Assembly: GCA_043228905.1 (NCBI GenBank)
Contig: JBHGNT010000014.1
Coordinates: 2,976,001 to 3,040,000 of the forward strand
Length of the DNA stretch: 64,000 bases
Origin: Azolla caroliniana
Lineage: Eukaryota; Plantae; Polypodiophyta
Reading direction: 5' to 3'
The notes beneath the pieces are model-generated. The model saw only the letters and a list, made by a program, of their open reading frames with translations, was not told the DNA's origin and searched no databases. Below, piece by piece: positions 24,678-36,870 of the stretch; position 1 is the first letter of the stretch, and each line of letters opens with the position of its first letter. The translations under genes and the position numbers were made by a program.

Positions 24678-27600
24678 TGGAAGGGGAAGGAGGGTGTTTA
24701 GAATTGCCCCTCAATGATCATGAGGATAGGGATGACGCTATCAGACACAACAAGGGATACGAAAGTATTGCGCAGAAAAAGAAGAAGAAAACATTGTCAA
24801 TTGTTGAAGGATACGAAAGCCAAACTCTCTAAAGGTAAAGATAATATTGGTTGCGATATAGGTCTAAATATCACTGAGAATGGAAGTAACGAGACTACTA
24901 TCATCGAGAGAAAGGTTGTAGACTATTTCAATGTTCAAACCAAGCACATCAACAATGAAGACAAGAAGGTAGTACTTTATGGAATATTAAATGATCCATC
25001 GATAAAGGAGTTAGTTGATTGTGATGGTGTTAATGCAAACATAACATTTGTACTACTAAATAATCTTCGTAATAGTTTCGTATCCATGAGTAGGTCAGAA
25101 GATGATCTTGTCTTAAAAAGGTCTAGTCTAATGATGTTAATAGTGATGTTGACGATATTAACATCAGTGTGCTATCTAAGGTCATTGGTGTTAGTAGAAA
25201 AAGTGTGTACAATACATTGAACCGGATAGTTTCCTCGGGTGAAGGAACTAGTTTGCTAAAGCTAACAACAAGATGTAAGCCAATGACACCCATAACATAA
25301 AAAAATCACAATATTTTTGGACTAATGAGAGTAGGGTTTCACCCAATAAGAAGGATTTATGCAGGAAACGTGTTGGAAGGAGTCAATACGAGGAGCATCC
25401 CATTCATCTTCTTGATGTACCTCAGGTATTTACATTTATCTCAACATTTGTTTTGACTTTTGAGCTTAGTTAGTTAGTTTATTAGCTACCTCTGAATATG
25501 ACCATACCAGAATAGCTAATTACCTACCTCAGAATATGACCATAGCTAACTAGCTACGAGTAATAGCAAATTAGCTACCCGAATAGCTAATTAGCTCCCT
25601 CAGAATATGACCATAGCTAACTAGCTACCAGAATAGTTAATTAGCTACCTCAGAATATGATCATAGTTGCTAACTAACTACTAGTAATAGCTTAATAGCG
25701 ATTGCCAATAGCTAATTTAGCTATTACTTGCTAATTCGCTACCAGAACAGTTAATTAGCTACCTAAGAATATAAAACATAGTTATTTAGCTACCAGAATA
25801 GCTAATTAGCTACCAATCATAGTTATTTAGCTACCACAATAGCTAATTAGTACCAGACTAGCTAATTAGCTGCTTATGAGTATAGCTAATTAGCTGCTTA
25901 TGGCTATAGCTAATTAGCTACCAGAATAGCTAATCCCCTACTAGAATAACTAATTAGCTACCTAAGAATATGAGCATAGTTATTTAGCTACCAGAAGAGC
26001 TAATAAACTATGTATGAGTATAGCTAATTAGCTACCAGAATAGCTAACTAGCTATTCCTAATAGCTAATTTAATTATTACCAATTAATTAGCTACCAAAA
26101 TAGCTAATTAGCTACCAATCATAGCAAATTAGCTAGCACTCACAACTAATTAGCTACCGGAATAGCTAATTAGCTGCCTCTAACTATAGCTATTTAGCTA
26201 CTTAAGAATATGAGCATAGCTATTTAGCTACTTAAGAATATTCTAGTATCTAATTAGCTAGTCATACACTAGCTAATTAGCTATTTTGGTAGCTAAATAG
26301 CTACCATATTAGCTAATTTAGCTATTACCAGCTAATTAGTTGTTAGGATAGCTAATTAGCTACCAAAATAGCTAATTAGCTACCTATGATTATAGCTAAT
26401 TAGTACTAGAATAGCTAACTAACTATTCCCAATAGCTAATTAGTTATTACCAGCTATTTAGCTGCCAGGATAGCTAATTAACAACCAAAATCGCTATTAG
26501 CTGCCTATGACTATAGCTAATTAGCTACAAGATTAGCTAACTAGCTATTCCCAATAGCTAATTTAGTTATTACCAACTAATTAGCTACTAGGATAGCTAA
26601 TTAGTTGCTATAACAAGTTTGGAGCATAGCTAATCAGTTAATCAGTATGTCCATTTTATTACACATGTCGATTTATTTATTAGGTTCAGGCGAATGCATC
26701 CAAATATCAAAGTTCAACTACGAACATTCGAGTCTCTTAAGCCACACTTTCTGAGACGCTTGAAGGATCGCTACACATGTTGTTGCATTTACCATGTACA
26801 AATGGGTTTTCTCAAGGACTTTGTTAATCTACTACGTCACCATAGTGCCTTCCTAACTAATGCAGTTTGCACTTGTGAGTGCCCAATTTGTCGATCGAGC
26901 CCGCAAGAGCATTGTAAATCATCTGAGCATGTTATCTCTTCCATGAGTTGTCTTTTAGATTCAGTATTGCATTCGAGAGAAACTGAGGCTATCTTCCATT
27001 ATCATAAATGTGTCATGGATTTATGTCAAGATTGTGGCCCTAGTAGATTTAGGTGGTGTCCAAATAAATTGAGTAGTGAAATATTAATCTTTGTCAAGTT
27101 ATTTGAGTCAGTTGACACCAATTTCGAAGGAAAGGTGTGTAAAAGAAAGGATCTAGTTAGGAAGTCACTTAAACCATGGGATTTGGTGTCTCTATTTGTA
27201 GTATCTCTAGGAAAGTTCATTAAACACAACTTCATTTATTCATGGCAAGACCATCAGTTTAAGACTTGCATATTTGATTTTCCAAATAATGTAGTAGTCT
27301 CAGTAGTAGATTTCGCAGAGAATTATACTTTTAAGCAACATAATGAAATTCAATCTATGCATTGGTGTTCAATGCAGGTAACCATTTTTGTGCACATAAC
27401 ATATTTTTGAGTTTCATGTGATGTTAAAAAAGTAATTCATTTTTTTATTTCTCATGATAAGAAGCATGATACCTTGTTCGTCAAACATTGTTTTAACTTA
27501 CATTGGCAATGGTTATTAGCTAAATGTTTGGAGCTTACTCAACATTGGGTCTGTTTCTCCATTTTATTTTGTGGGGAGGTATCTTGCTATAACATGTTTG

Positions 27601-28428
27601 GAGATGAGATGGAATTTTTTTGGGTCTGCCCATGGTAAACGTGAACATGATGGTGTAGGTGTTGTTATAAAGCGGGCACTTACCCATGAACAACTAAAGG
27701 TAGATGGTGTGCAAATGAATTGTGCAACACATGTTGTTGAATTTTTAAGAGCTAATATGTCAATGAGTGCAACTGGTGTTTATTCCTCGTAGGTCCGAGA
27801 TATCAAACGTGAATTTTCGCAAGTAAATAGGGAGAAGACTTGGGAGTGCCAAGAAAATCCCGAATTGTGATCTCTCCATGCTGTTCGCGGTTAGAGAATT
27901 AACTTGTTTTTGCTTCCATTGTGTGCAAGGAGATTGGAGGTATTGTTTAAACAAAGCATATATTTAGAATTGGGAGTATCATACATTGAACGATAAGGAA
28001 GCAGTTGATGGAGAAATAGAAAGGAATGTTGACTTCACATATCAAGGACATGGAGATACTCTGAGTGATGTCTTAAATGTTGGGGATAATTTCGCTGTAA
28101 ATGCAGAAGAAGGTAACTCAAAGGGTGCAGATTTCTATATATTGAAGTGCACGGTTAGTAAACAGTGTGCAACGCAAAATATATTAGATGCTTGGGAAAT
28201 GTTGTATCTATCGGGACATTCTACATCGAAGGTATTTTTTATGCAAGACTAGATGAGTATGATTATGTGTATAGGCTATTAGAAGACAGACCAATGACGT
28301 ACATGTACTCTCATTTGGTCAGGTGCATCAATGTCCCAATGTCGCAATACAATAGCTGCTCAGGTTTATACACAGTTAGTGCTAACGTGTATGAATGTGT
28401 TTACAATAGTATGCCATGGAATTTGTAG
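24678..28428 (+). pseudogene. Degenerate DDD-type DNA transposase, Sola-like (DFAENY...HGK..DG.G type), intron-containing
   Basis: TCCCIYH Cys-rich region, VVDFAENYTF..NEIQSMHW, WNFFGSAHGKREHDGVG; many stops and frameshifts; superfamily assigned from recalled motifs only. Confidence 0.7.
25470..26640. repeat. Palindromic TAGCTAATTAGCTA repeat array inside an intron-like segment (GT 25426, AG 26683)
   Basis: Dozens of degenerate copies seen directly. Confidence 0.9.
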
Positions 28429-29308
28429 CTACAAGTAGCAATTACCAGTTTTCTTGTAAAACAAACAAAGCACGTGTATTGCAAATAAATAGTTTAATGG
28501 ACCTGCTTGGGAGTTTTTTTTTTGATATACAGTCTACTTTTTGTGCTTCTTTCTCAATAAAATTGTGTGTCTTTTTTATATACAGTCTTCTTTCTGTTCT
28601 TCTTTCTTAAAAACCAGTTTAATTATATCGTTTAGGGTTCTTCTTTCTAATATATAGATTTACTCAAGTGAACCATGTACAAGTTAAAAAGCACTATCAT
28701 GAAATCAACAATCCTGAACACTCTTAAAATTACAGAGTAGATAAGTAACTCAAAACAAGCAATTTAATCCTTCATTGATTAATTTGTCATCAAATTATAT
28801 ATATTTATAACATCCCATTGGCAATGTCTTCAAATCCCCTATAAACCGCTAAGCTCTTGCTGGTAAGTGGAACTTCTCTACATATATGATCTACATACTG
28901 AGCTTGGTATGGAGTCCACAACCATGCAATTAGTTGGCAGCTCAATTTTTTCACCAAGTAGTGTTCATGCATTTCCTTGGGTAGAATGAGACAGCATGTG
29001 CGAATGTTGAAGTAATGCTGGAAATGTTCTATATCCAGAATCAATGTATTGTCGACATTATAATCTGGCCAAGTAGCCCAAAAATCAGAAAGTCTTTTGA
29101 ATCTTGCAACATCCTTCTGCTCACATTTCTCTCGTGCCCACTGACCCATGAAATGGAATCTTTCTACACACTTTCACACATCTGTACTTGGTTTTTCACT
29201 CCAAATAAACAAATTAAACTATTGCACAACCCACTCTAGAAATTGATTTGCGTCCCTCCTTGGTGTCATATATCGCACACTCATCAGGACTTTATCAAGC
29301 TACAAGAT

Positions 29309-32300
29309 TGTTAAGAGTCTATTACTAATCAATAGACCAAATCAAGTAAAAAGGAAGAAAATAGATTGGATAGAAGAACCCGTTCCACCCGACCACCCCC
29401 GAGCTATGATCTAGACATAGCCAACCTACCACCGACGTCCCATACCGCCGGATATTAGGATGACTAATACCTTGGAAGAGATAAACACGATCGTCGAGAC
29501 GAAAGCCTAGCCCGCACCACCGGTGTCTACGACAGCAGCCTTCCGACGTGATTCCTATGAGGGTAGCTAAGCCTCATATTTATACCTTTTCCTAGGCCCC
29601 TTGAATAGATGTGCCTTTCTGAAAGGCTCTCTATTCATTGGTTGTCTAAATCATGATAGTGCATGCACATATCATTCATTCTATCCAATCATTAGTCCCC
29701 TTTTTAATAATAGTGAACATACCCTTCACTAATGTAAATATTAGTGACCTACCCTCACCAACGTTATGTGTACATAACATACTCCCCTACTTCAAAAGAT
29801 TGCACTCTTGCAATATAAAGTGAGGAAATTGTGCCTTAAGCGAATGCTCGCGTTCCCATGTGGCATCATCAATAGGTTTATCCATCCATTTGATCTTGAA
29901 TAGCCGAATCTCTTTAGAACGTAAACGTTTAGTACGAGAATCAAGAATTCGTTCAGGAACATGAGGTTTGTAAGAAAAATCCTCTAATGTTACAAGATCT
30001 TGGATTGTGATGGTGTTATCACCAGAGCCTAAAAATGGTTTTAAACGACTGACGTGAAAAACAGGATGAATACCAACGTTACGAGGTAAGGCAAGGTGAT
30101 AAGCAGATGACCCAACTCGCTTAAGGATTTCAAATGGGCCACAATATCGTGGGGCTAACTTAGCGCACTTGCCCGTAGATAATGACGTAGAATCAGTCGG
30201 GACACGCAAAAAAACTTTTTGACCAATAGTAAATGCACGAGGACGTCTATCCTGATCAGCATAAAATCGAGCACGATCTTGAGCTGTCTTGACATTTTCT
30301 TTGGCAATATGCAACATTTGGTTCATGTCTTGCAAAAAATTGCGTGTACTGTCTAATGTATCACGATGAATCGTGACATCAACTGGGGCACGTGGCTGAA
30401 AACCATACATCAACATAAAAGGACTATATCCAGTGGATGTATGTTTAGAGCTATTATAGGCAAATTCTAAGATAGGAAGGTATTGCTCCCACTTAGAAGG
30501 GGTTTTTGCTACATAAGCCCGAAGCATGTCCTCAATAATTTGATTAACTCGTTCAGTTTGTCCATCAGACTGAGGATGATCTGCGGAACTCATGCTCAAC
30601 GTAGTTTCTAGTTTCTTAAAGACCTGAGTCCAAAAGTCACTAGTAAACTTGGAATCTCGATCACTAACAATATCCATCGGTAATCCATAAAAACGAAATA
30701 ACTCATCAACAAATTGATAAGCCAACTGTTGAGCGGTTACCGTGGTTTTTGTAGGAATAAATCTAGCTAATTTTGTTAGCCTGTCAACGACAACCCATAT
30801 GGCATCATGACCCCTCTGTGTACGAGGTAAACTAACAATAAAATCCATCGAGATACTTTCCCATTTATTGTTGGGAATATCTAAGGGATGTAAAAGACCA
30901 GCAGCTTTAAGTCGTTCTGACTTATTAATCTGACATTGTAAGCATTGAGTTACGTATTTATGCACGTCAGAGTGCATCTTAGGCCAGAAAAAAGTACACG
31001 AGATGAGAACGAGTGTGCGTTGTATTCCAGGATGACCAGCAGATGGTGCATCATGACATTCATGAAAAATTTTCTGTTTAACATTTGGTAAATCTGGAAC
31101 ACAGACCTTTCCACTACGGTAGAGCAAACCGTTTGTAATGTGAAAGGTTGCCTTCGAGGGTAGGGTGCTAGTATCGGCATCTAAACCAGATTTGGCTTTC
31201 GTCCAGTATTTTGAGAAATAACTGTCATCAAGGTATTTCCCTCGAAGGTGATCTAAAAGATCAGATTTTATTTCCGTGAAGCTAAGCATGTTAACTTCTT
31301 TAATGCGACTAAGAGCATCAGCAACGGTGTTCATAGAACCCTTGCGATATCGTATGGAAAAATCAAAATCTTGCATAAGGTCAGCCCAACGGCCTTTACG
31401 ACCAACAAGATCGGGCTGGTCACAAAAATACTTTAATGATTGATGGTCTGTTGTAACCACAAATTTATTTCCATAGAGATAGTGCCTCCATGTTTTAAGT
31501 GCGTGTATCACCGCAAACAACTCTTTCTCTTGAACCGAATACCGAGATTGAGCAGCATCAAGCTTCTTACTTTCAAAAGCAATAGGGTGACCACCTTGAT
31601 AAAGAACGGCACCAATAGCATAATCACTAGCATCGGTTTCAATTGAGAAAGGCTTAGAAGGGTCTGGTAATAGAAGAGTGGGAGCCTGACACACATGCTC
31701 CTTGAGTGTCTCAAATGATTTGTCAAGTTGTTCATTCCATGAAATTGGTTTGACAGACTTACGTGGATGACCTTTTAAAAGGTCAGTTAATGGCGTAGTC
31801 AATTTGGAATAGTTACGAATTGATTTTCGTAAAAATCCAACAAACCCTAAGAATGATCTAAGTTCACGAATATTATGAGGAATGGGCCAAAGTTTAACCT
31901 TTTCAATACGAGAAGGTTCAATTTCAACGCCATTTTCTGTAATTAAATGACCTAGTTACACAATAGATTTTTGGAAGAAGTCACATTTTGAATGTTTTGC
32001 ATAGAAAGAGTTGTCACGCAACTTTCGCAAAACAAATCGAACATGTTGAACATGATCTTGCAAGGTACGGCTATATATCAAAATATCATCCAAGAAGACG
32101 ACAACAAAATCACCGAGTTGATCTCGGAAAACATCATTCATCGCTTGTTGGAATGTGGCTGGAGCATTAGTCAACCCAAACGGCATGACTAAAAACTCAT
32201 AATGGCCATAGCGCGTACGAAAAGCGGTTTTAGGAATATCATCCTCAGCGATGCGAATCTGATGATAACCAGTTCGTAAGTCAATTTTCGTAAAATATCG

Positions 32301-33465
32301 AGCCCCGTGCAAACGATCAATCAAATCATCGGCACGAGGTAATGGATATGCATTCTTAATTGTCATTTTATTCAAACGGCGATAATTGATACACATTCGC
32401 CACGAACCTTCTTCTTGACTAATAGAACTGGCGCACCCCAAGGTGATTTACTATACCTAATGTGGCCCATACTCAAGTATTCCTTAAGTTGTTTAGCAAT
32501 CTCATCCTCTTCTAATCGACTAAGTCGGTAAGGTGGAATGCTCACAGGAGTAGCCCCAGGGATGAGTTCAATTTGATGGTCCACATTACGTTTAGGTGGT
32601 AAAGTAAGCGGCAATTCAGTAGGAAACACATCTTGAAAATCCTCTAAAATAGAGTCGAGTAATCGTTGCTCAAAATGTGGTAATTGTGTGGCGTCAATAT
32701 TAAAATAATAAAATTGAACCGCAGGATCAATTACACACGAATAAATTAATGAACTAGAATACTCACTTAAAGATTTAGAAGACACAAGTGAATGAGAAGG
32801 AAGTTTGGAACATTGAATAAAATGTTTACAATTATTAAGTTCAAATGTGATTGAGTGATTAACCCAATCAATGGACAAAGAAGGGTTTTTATTAAAAACC
32901 AAGGATATCCTAAAATGACATCTGCGGATTGTAATTTCATAACATGAAAGTCAAGCTTCTCCAAATAAGTATCTATTTGAATTGGCAGTTGACAAACAAT
33001 GCCACTGATGTATTGAACGTTTCCATTTGCCATGTGAACTTGATAGATATGATCACTTGCGTTTATGTGGAGCTCCATTTGCTACACAAAGTGATCATTA
33101 AGAAAATTGTGAGAACTACCGGAATCAAACAAGAAATGTGCTTGTGTTCCATTGATATATCCGACTACTCGGAGGGGCCTAGGAAAAGGTATAAATATGA
33201 GGCTTAGCTACCCTCATAGGAATCACGTCGGAAGGCTGCTGTCGTAGACACCGGTGGTGCGGGCTAGGCTTTCGTCTTGACGATCGTGTTTATCTCTTCC
33301 AAGGTATTAGTCATCCTAATATCCGGCGGTATGGGACGTCGGTGGTAGGTTGGCTATGTCTAGATCATAGCTCGGGGGTGGTCGGGTGGAACGGGTTCTT
33401 CTATCCAATCTATTTTCTTCCTTTTTACTTGATTTGGTCTATTGATTAGTAATAGACTCTTAACA
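29309..33465 (-). mobile_element. Chromovirus-type gypsy, gag-less, with an inverted partial LTR at its 5' side
   Basis: 3' LTR 29309-29779, PPT 29780-29787, PR (FLFDSGSSHNF), RT (FLDDIL), RH/IN/chromodomain; 33173-33465 is the reverse complement of 29309-29601; TSD AAGAT on both sides. Confidence 0.92.
29787..31802 (-). CDS. pol: Pol C-terminal part: RNase H, integrase, chromodomain-like tail
   Basis: ETDASDYAIG, CHDAPSAGHPG, SMDFI, VSDRD, QSDGQTER, IKWMDKPIDDATWE; upstream PR-RT (31800-33170) is broken by stops and frameshifts. Confidence 0.9.
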   Translation of the reverse strand: MTTPLTDLLKGHPRKSVKPISWNEQLDKSFETLKEHVCQAPTLLLPDPSKPFSIETDASDYAIGAVLYQGGHPIAFESKKLDAAQSRYSVQEKELFAVIHALKTWRHYLYGNKFVVTTDHQSLKYFCDQPDLVGRKGRWADLMQDFDFSIRYRKGSMNTVADALSRIKEVNMLSFTEIKSDLLDHLRGKYLDDSYFSKYWTKAKSGLDADTSTLPSKATFHITNGLLYRSGKVCVPDLPNVKQKIFHECHDAPSAGHPGIQRTLVLISCTFFWPKMHSDVHKYVTQCLQCQINKSERLKAAGLLHPLDIPNNKWESISMDFIVSLPRTQRGHDAIWVVVDRLTKLARFIPTKTTVTAQQLAYQFVDELFRFYGLPMDIVSDRDSKFTSDFWTQVFKKLETTLSMSSADHPQSDGQTERVNQIIEDMLRAYVAKTPSKWEQYLPILEFAYNSSKHTSTGYSPFMLMYGFQPRAPVDVTIHRDTLDSTRNFLQDMNQMLHIAKENVKTAQDRARFYADQDRRPRAFTIGQKVFLRVPTDSTSLSTGKCAKLAPRYCGPFEILKRVGSSAYHLALPRNVGIHPVFHVSRLKPFLGSGDNTITIQDLVTLEDFSYKPHVPERILDSRTKRLRSKEIRLFKIKWMDKPIDDATWEREHSLKAQFPHFILQECNLLK

Positions 33466-34022
33466 AAGATCAATGCTTCTTTTTTCGACTTCTAATGGTT
33501 TACGTTTCCATTCCTATAACTGAGCCTCTATTACACCAATTACTGGTATCACATGATCAATTTCAATCAACTCAGGTTCTGTCGACACAATTGGCATCCT
33601 TTTCGTCATCAAACCCTTGGTTGACTATGTTGGGCCTGGTTTCACATTCTGGTGCTCTTGTATTGTCGACTTAGTCATTAGCTCGGTGCATGTAGATATT
33701 GATTTGGTCAATATCAGACCACTGCTATCACATGCTGCATCTATATGAAAAATCAGATCATCTGTGCAATATGCTTGATCAACTTGCGTGACCAGATCAT
33801 TTGTGTCAGTTGCTACATCTACTTTCAAGATGTGGCCCTCTAAACATGCAACAACATCAACAATTTCCACAGTCTGTCATCAGCCTTAGGAGCAATAGAT
33901 TCAAACCCTATAGACTCTGCAACATCAGAAAACACCAACATATTCACACTCACAAAGTAACTAACAGTCTCACAAAACAACATAATGAACATGAAATATT
34001 TTCCATCATAGAACAACATGAA

Positions 34023-36148
34023 TGTAAAAGATTATGTGCGGAAGCAATAGAAAACCAAACACACAGAAAATACGCAAGTTTAATGGAGAGCTTGAGTATA
34101 CACAGTATGCGGGAGAGACAGAGAGAGAACACACAAAAACTCAATTCAAAAAATAATACTCAATCTGTACATACACCGTGCTCAGTGAGCACCTTTTATA
34201 CAAGCCCTGACAATCGGACTGACACAAGTACTGATAGTACTTGAATGCTCATAAATGAGCCTCGATACTCACTCCCAAAATTATTCCTTACGAGGAATAT
34301 CTCTCTAACGGCCTTTCCCGTCCTCGGCTTGCTCAGCTGATTCGGCCGATGTTGAGCTTGCCTCTCAACACTCCCCCTCAAGCTCAACTTGAGGCTCTTC
34401 GGGATCTCCCGGATCATCGCTCTGGTTCCTCCTGGCTCCACACCTCACTCGCGCTCCTCTACCTGTTCGACTTCGCGCGCTTAGACCCTTCCGGTCGGCT
34501 TGTCTGCTCCCACGGGCCTTCACAACTCCCTTGTTGTCATGTTGGCGCTTCTCCTGTTGCCGTCTTTTCCGCTTGGCCCTCGGTTGATTCAGTGTATCCG
34601 AATCAAACATCTGAACCGACTCGGCTACCTCCGATCGGTTTTCGCGCTCGTCCGAGTTGGCTATCTCCAACTCGTCCTCGGTCTTCTTGCTCTTGACTGC
34701 GTCATCTCCCCCATGCTTGGTAGGCTTTGGCTCTTTCTTTTGGCTGCTTCCCTTATGTCCGCTTTGAGACTCTTCCGCGGATCTGCCCTTGGCTTCTTCA
34801 GCCGATCCGAAGTCGAATTCGTCATCTGACTCGACGTCGCGGTCTTCTTAGCTCCTTTCTTGCATCCTTCTGTGGTCGTTCGGGACGTCTCTCCCCTCAA
34901 GTTCGGCACATCGAGGTGACGCAACCCAAGCGCACCCGAGAATTGCCGTAACTTGTCGAGACCAAGGGGCTTGGTAAAGATGTCAGCAGTTTGCCGATCC
35001 GTCGGAACATACTGAAGTTCGACTTCACTAGAAAGGACACGCTCACGGACAAAATGGTAGTGTACCTCAATGTGCTTGGTCCGTGCGTGGAAAACGGGGT
35101 TCTTCGCGAGCTGGATGTTGTTGAGGTTGTCGCAGTAGATCGTCGTCGGATCAGACACCTCCTCTTGCAGGTCCTTAAGTAGCCGCTTCAACCATATGGT
35201 TTCGCATGTTGCGACAGCTGCTCCTCGGTACTCAGCTTCGGTGCTCGATAGTGCAACTGTCGGCTACTTCTTACTGCTCCACGCAATCGCGGCACTCCCA
35301 AAAGAGAACGCGTATCCGAACGTGGATTGGCGATCGGTGGCGTTGCCAGCCCAATCAACATCGGTGTAGCCGACCAATTGCGAGGCTGTACCGGTCTGAT
35401 ATAGCAGACCCCAATCCTTAGTGCCGCTTACGTACCGCAGATGTTCTTCGGTTGGTCGCGCCATGAATTAACTAATCACCCCGACCGGATAACTGAGATC
35501 GGGTCAGGTGATTGTCAAGTAGATAAGGCTTTCGACAATTTGTCGGAACCTTGTTGGGTCGCATACCTTTGTCGGAAGCTTGACGGTTCTATCCAGAGGA
35601 GTCGAGACGGACTTACAGTCTGCCATCCCAAATTTGAAGAGCATATTCAGCTCGTAATGACGTTGGTTGATCAGTATGCCTTCGGGGGTGCGGATCACTT
35701 CGATCCCGAGGAAGTAATGAAGGTCCCCCAGGTCCTTCATGTCGAATGATGCCACAAGGTGGAGCTTCACGCAGTCGATTTCACCTAGGTCGGCGTCGGT
35801 GATGACCAAGTCATCAACATATAGTAAAATACTGACGGGACCGAGTCGACCTTTCCGGATGAACAGGGAAGAGTCTGATTTTGACGTTGCAAAGCCCATC
35901 CGATGCAATTGTTGCGTGATCTTCGCGTTCCAGGAACGCGGGGCTTGCTTTAGTCCGTAAAGGGACTTCTTCAATCGGCACACTGCCGACGTGTTCGTTT
36001 CGGAGTGAAATCTGGGGGGTTGTACCATGTACACATGTTCGTCAAGCTCACCTTATAGGAACACATTCTTTACATCCATCAGATGTAGGTGCCACCCCTT
36101 TGCCACAGCTACCGTGAGCAAAACACGGACGGTCGTCATCTTTGCGAC
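34023..36148 (-). mobile_element. Copia 3' half (RT, RNase H, 3' extension, LTR ~34023-34370), degenerate
   Basis: YGLKQAPRSW, YVDDL, RTKHIEVHYHFVRE; PPT 34371-34380. Confidence 0.85.
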
Positions 36149-36152
36149 ATGG

Positions 36153-36870
36153 TGATGTTAGAACGGTTAAGAGTAGCAAGAAGAAGAGTTACAAGTAATG
36201 TGTGTGTGAGAGAGAGATGAGAATAGATAGATGATAGAGACAATATATGATTCAAGAAGCAAGATAGAGACAAAATATGATTTAATAAGGAAGATTGAGA
36301 CAAAGTATGAATCAAGAAGCAAGAGTATTTGATATAAACATGATGTATATTAAAAAGACAATATTTTACCAACTTTACAATCCTTGATCACAAACTGAAC
36401 ACATCCTCTACCGACCCTTGATTTGAACCCACGACCCCAACTTCGAAACGAGAGGTTCTCCACCCAATGAGCTAGTCTTCTTTACTTGATTGTATTATTT
36501 TCTCACTTTCTCTTGATTCATTTCCCTATTTTCCCCCTTGATCCATCCCTTAATTCCTTGCCTCTCTTTATAGGTTCTCTCATGCATATGATGATATGGG
36601 GGTGCATGGCATGCATGTGATGCATGATTGCCATTTGGCGCACATGCTTTACATGTGATGCATGATAGCCATCATGCTCATCTAAGCTCTAATGTATGAA
36701 GATACACATGTCATAAGTATTGTGATAAAAATATAACTATAGAAAATAACTTATCCTAATGGTATATGCTTCATCCTTGGTGTGTGAGGTTACGGGTTCA
36801 AGTCTCTCAAATGTTACTTAATACAATATTCAAGTTTATTTTTATATTGTGAAGCAAATCCTTCACGACA
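36153..36870 (-). mobile_element. Solo or chimeric LTR (~718 bp) of the Trp-primed gypsy lineage
   Basis: Right end CTTCACGACA is the reverse complement of TGTCGTGAAG; same size and same divergent tRNA-like modules as 14941-15650; left end uncertain. Confidence 0.6.

Larger units (their letters stand above)
28805..33870 (-). pseudogene. NIF/FCP1-like (HAD) domain gene, degenerate, split by the gypsy insertion 29309-33465
   Basis: Across the TSD the frame reads KEALIL*LDKVLMSV (LVLDLD-like); downstream WAREKC...FKRLSDFWATWPDYNVDNTLILD resembles the FCP1-homology C-part. Confidence 0.5.
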
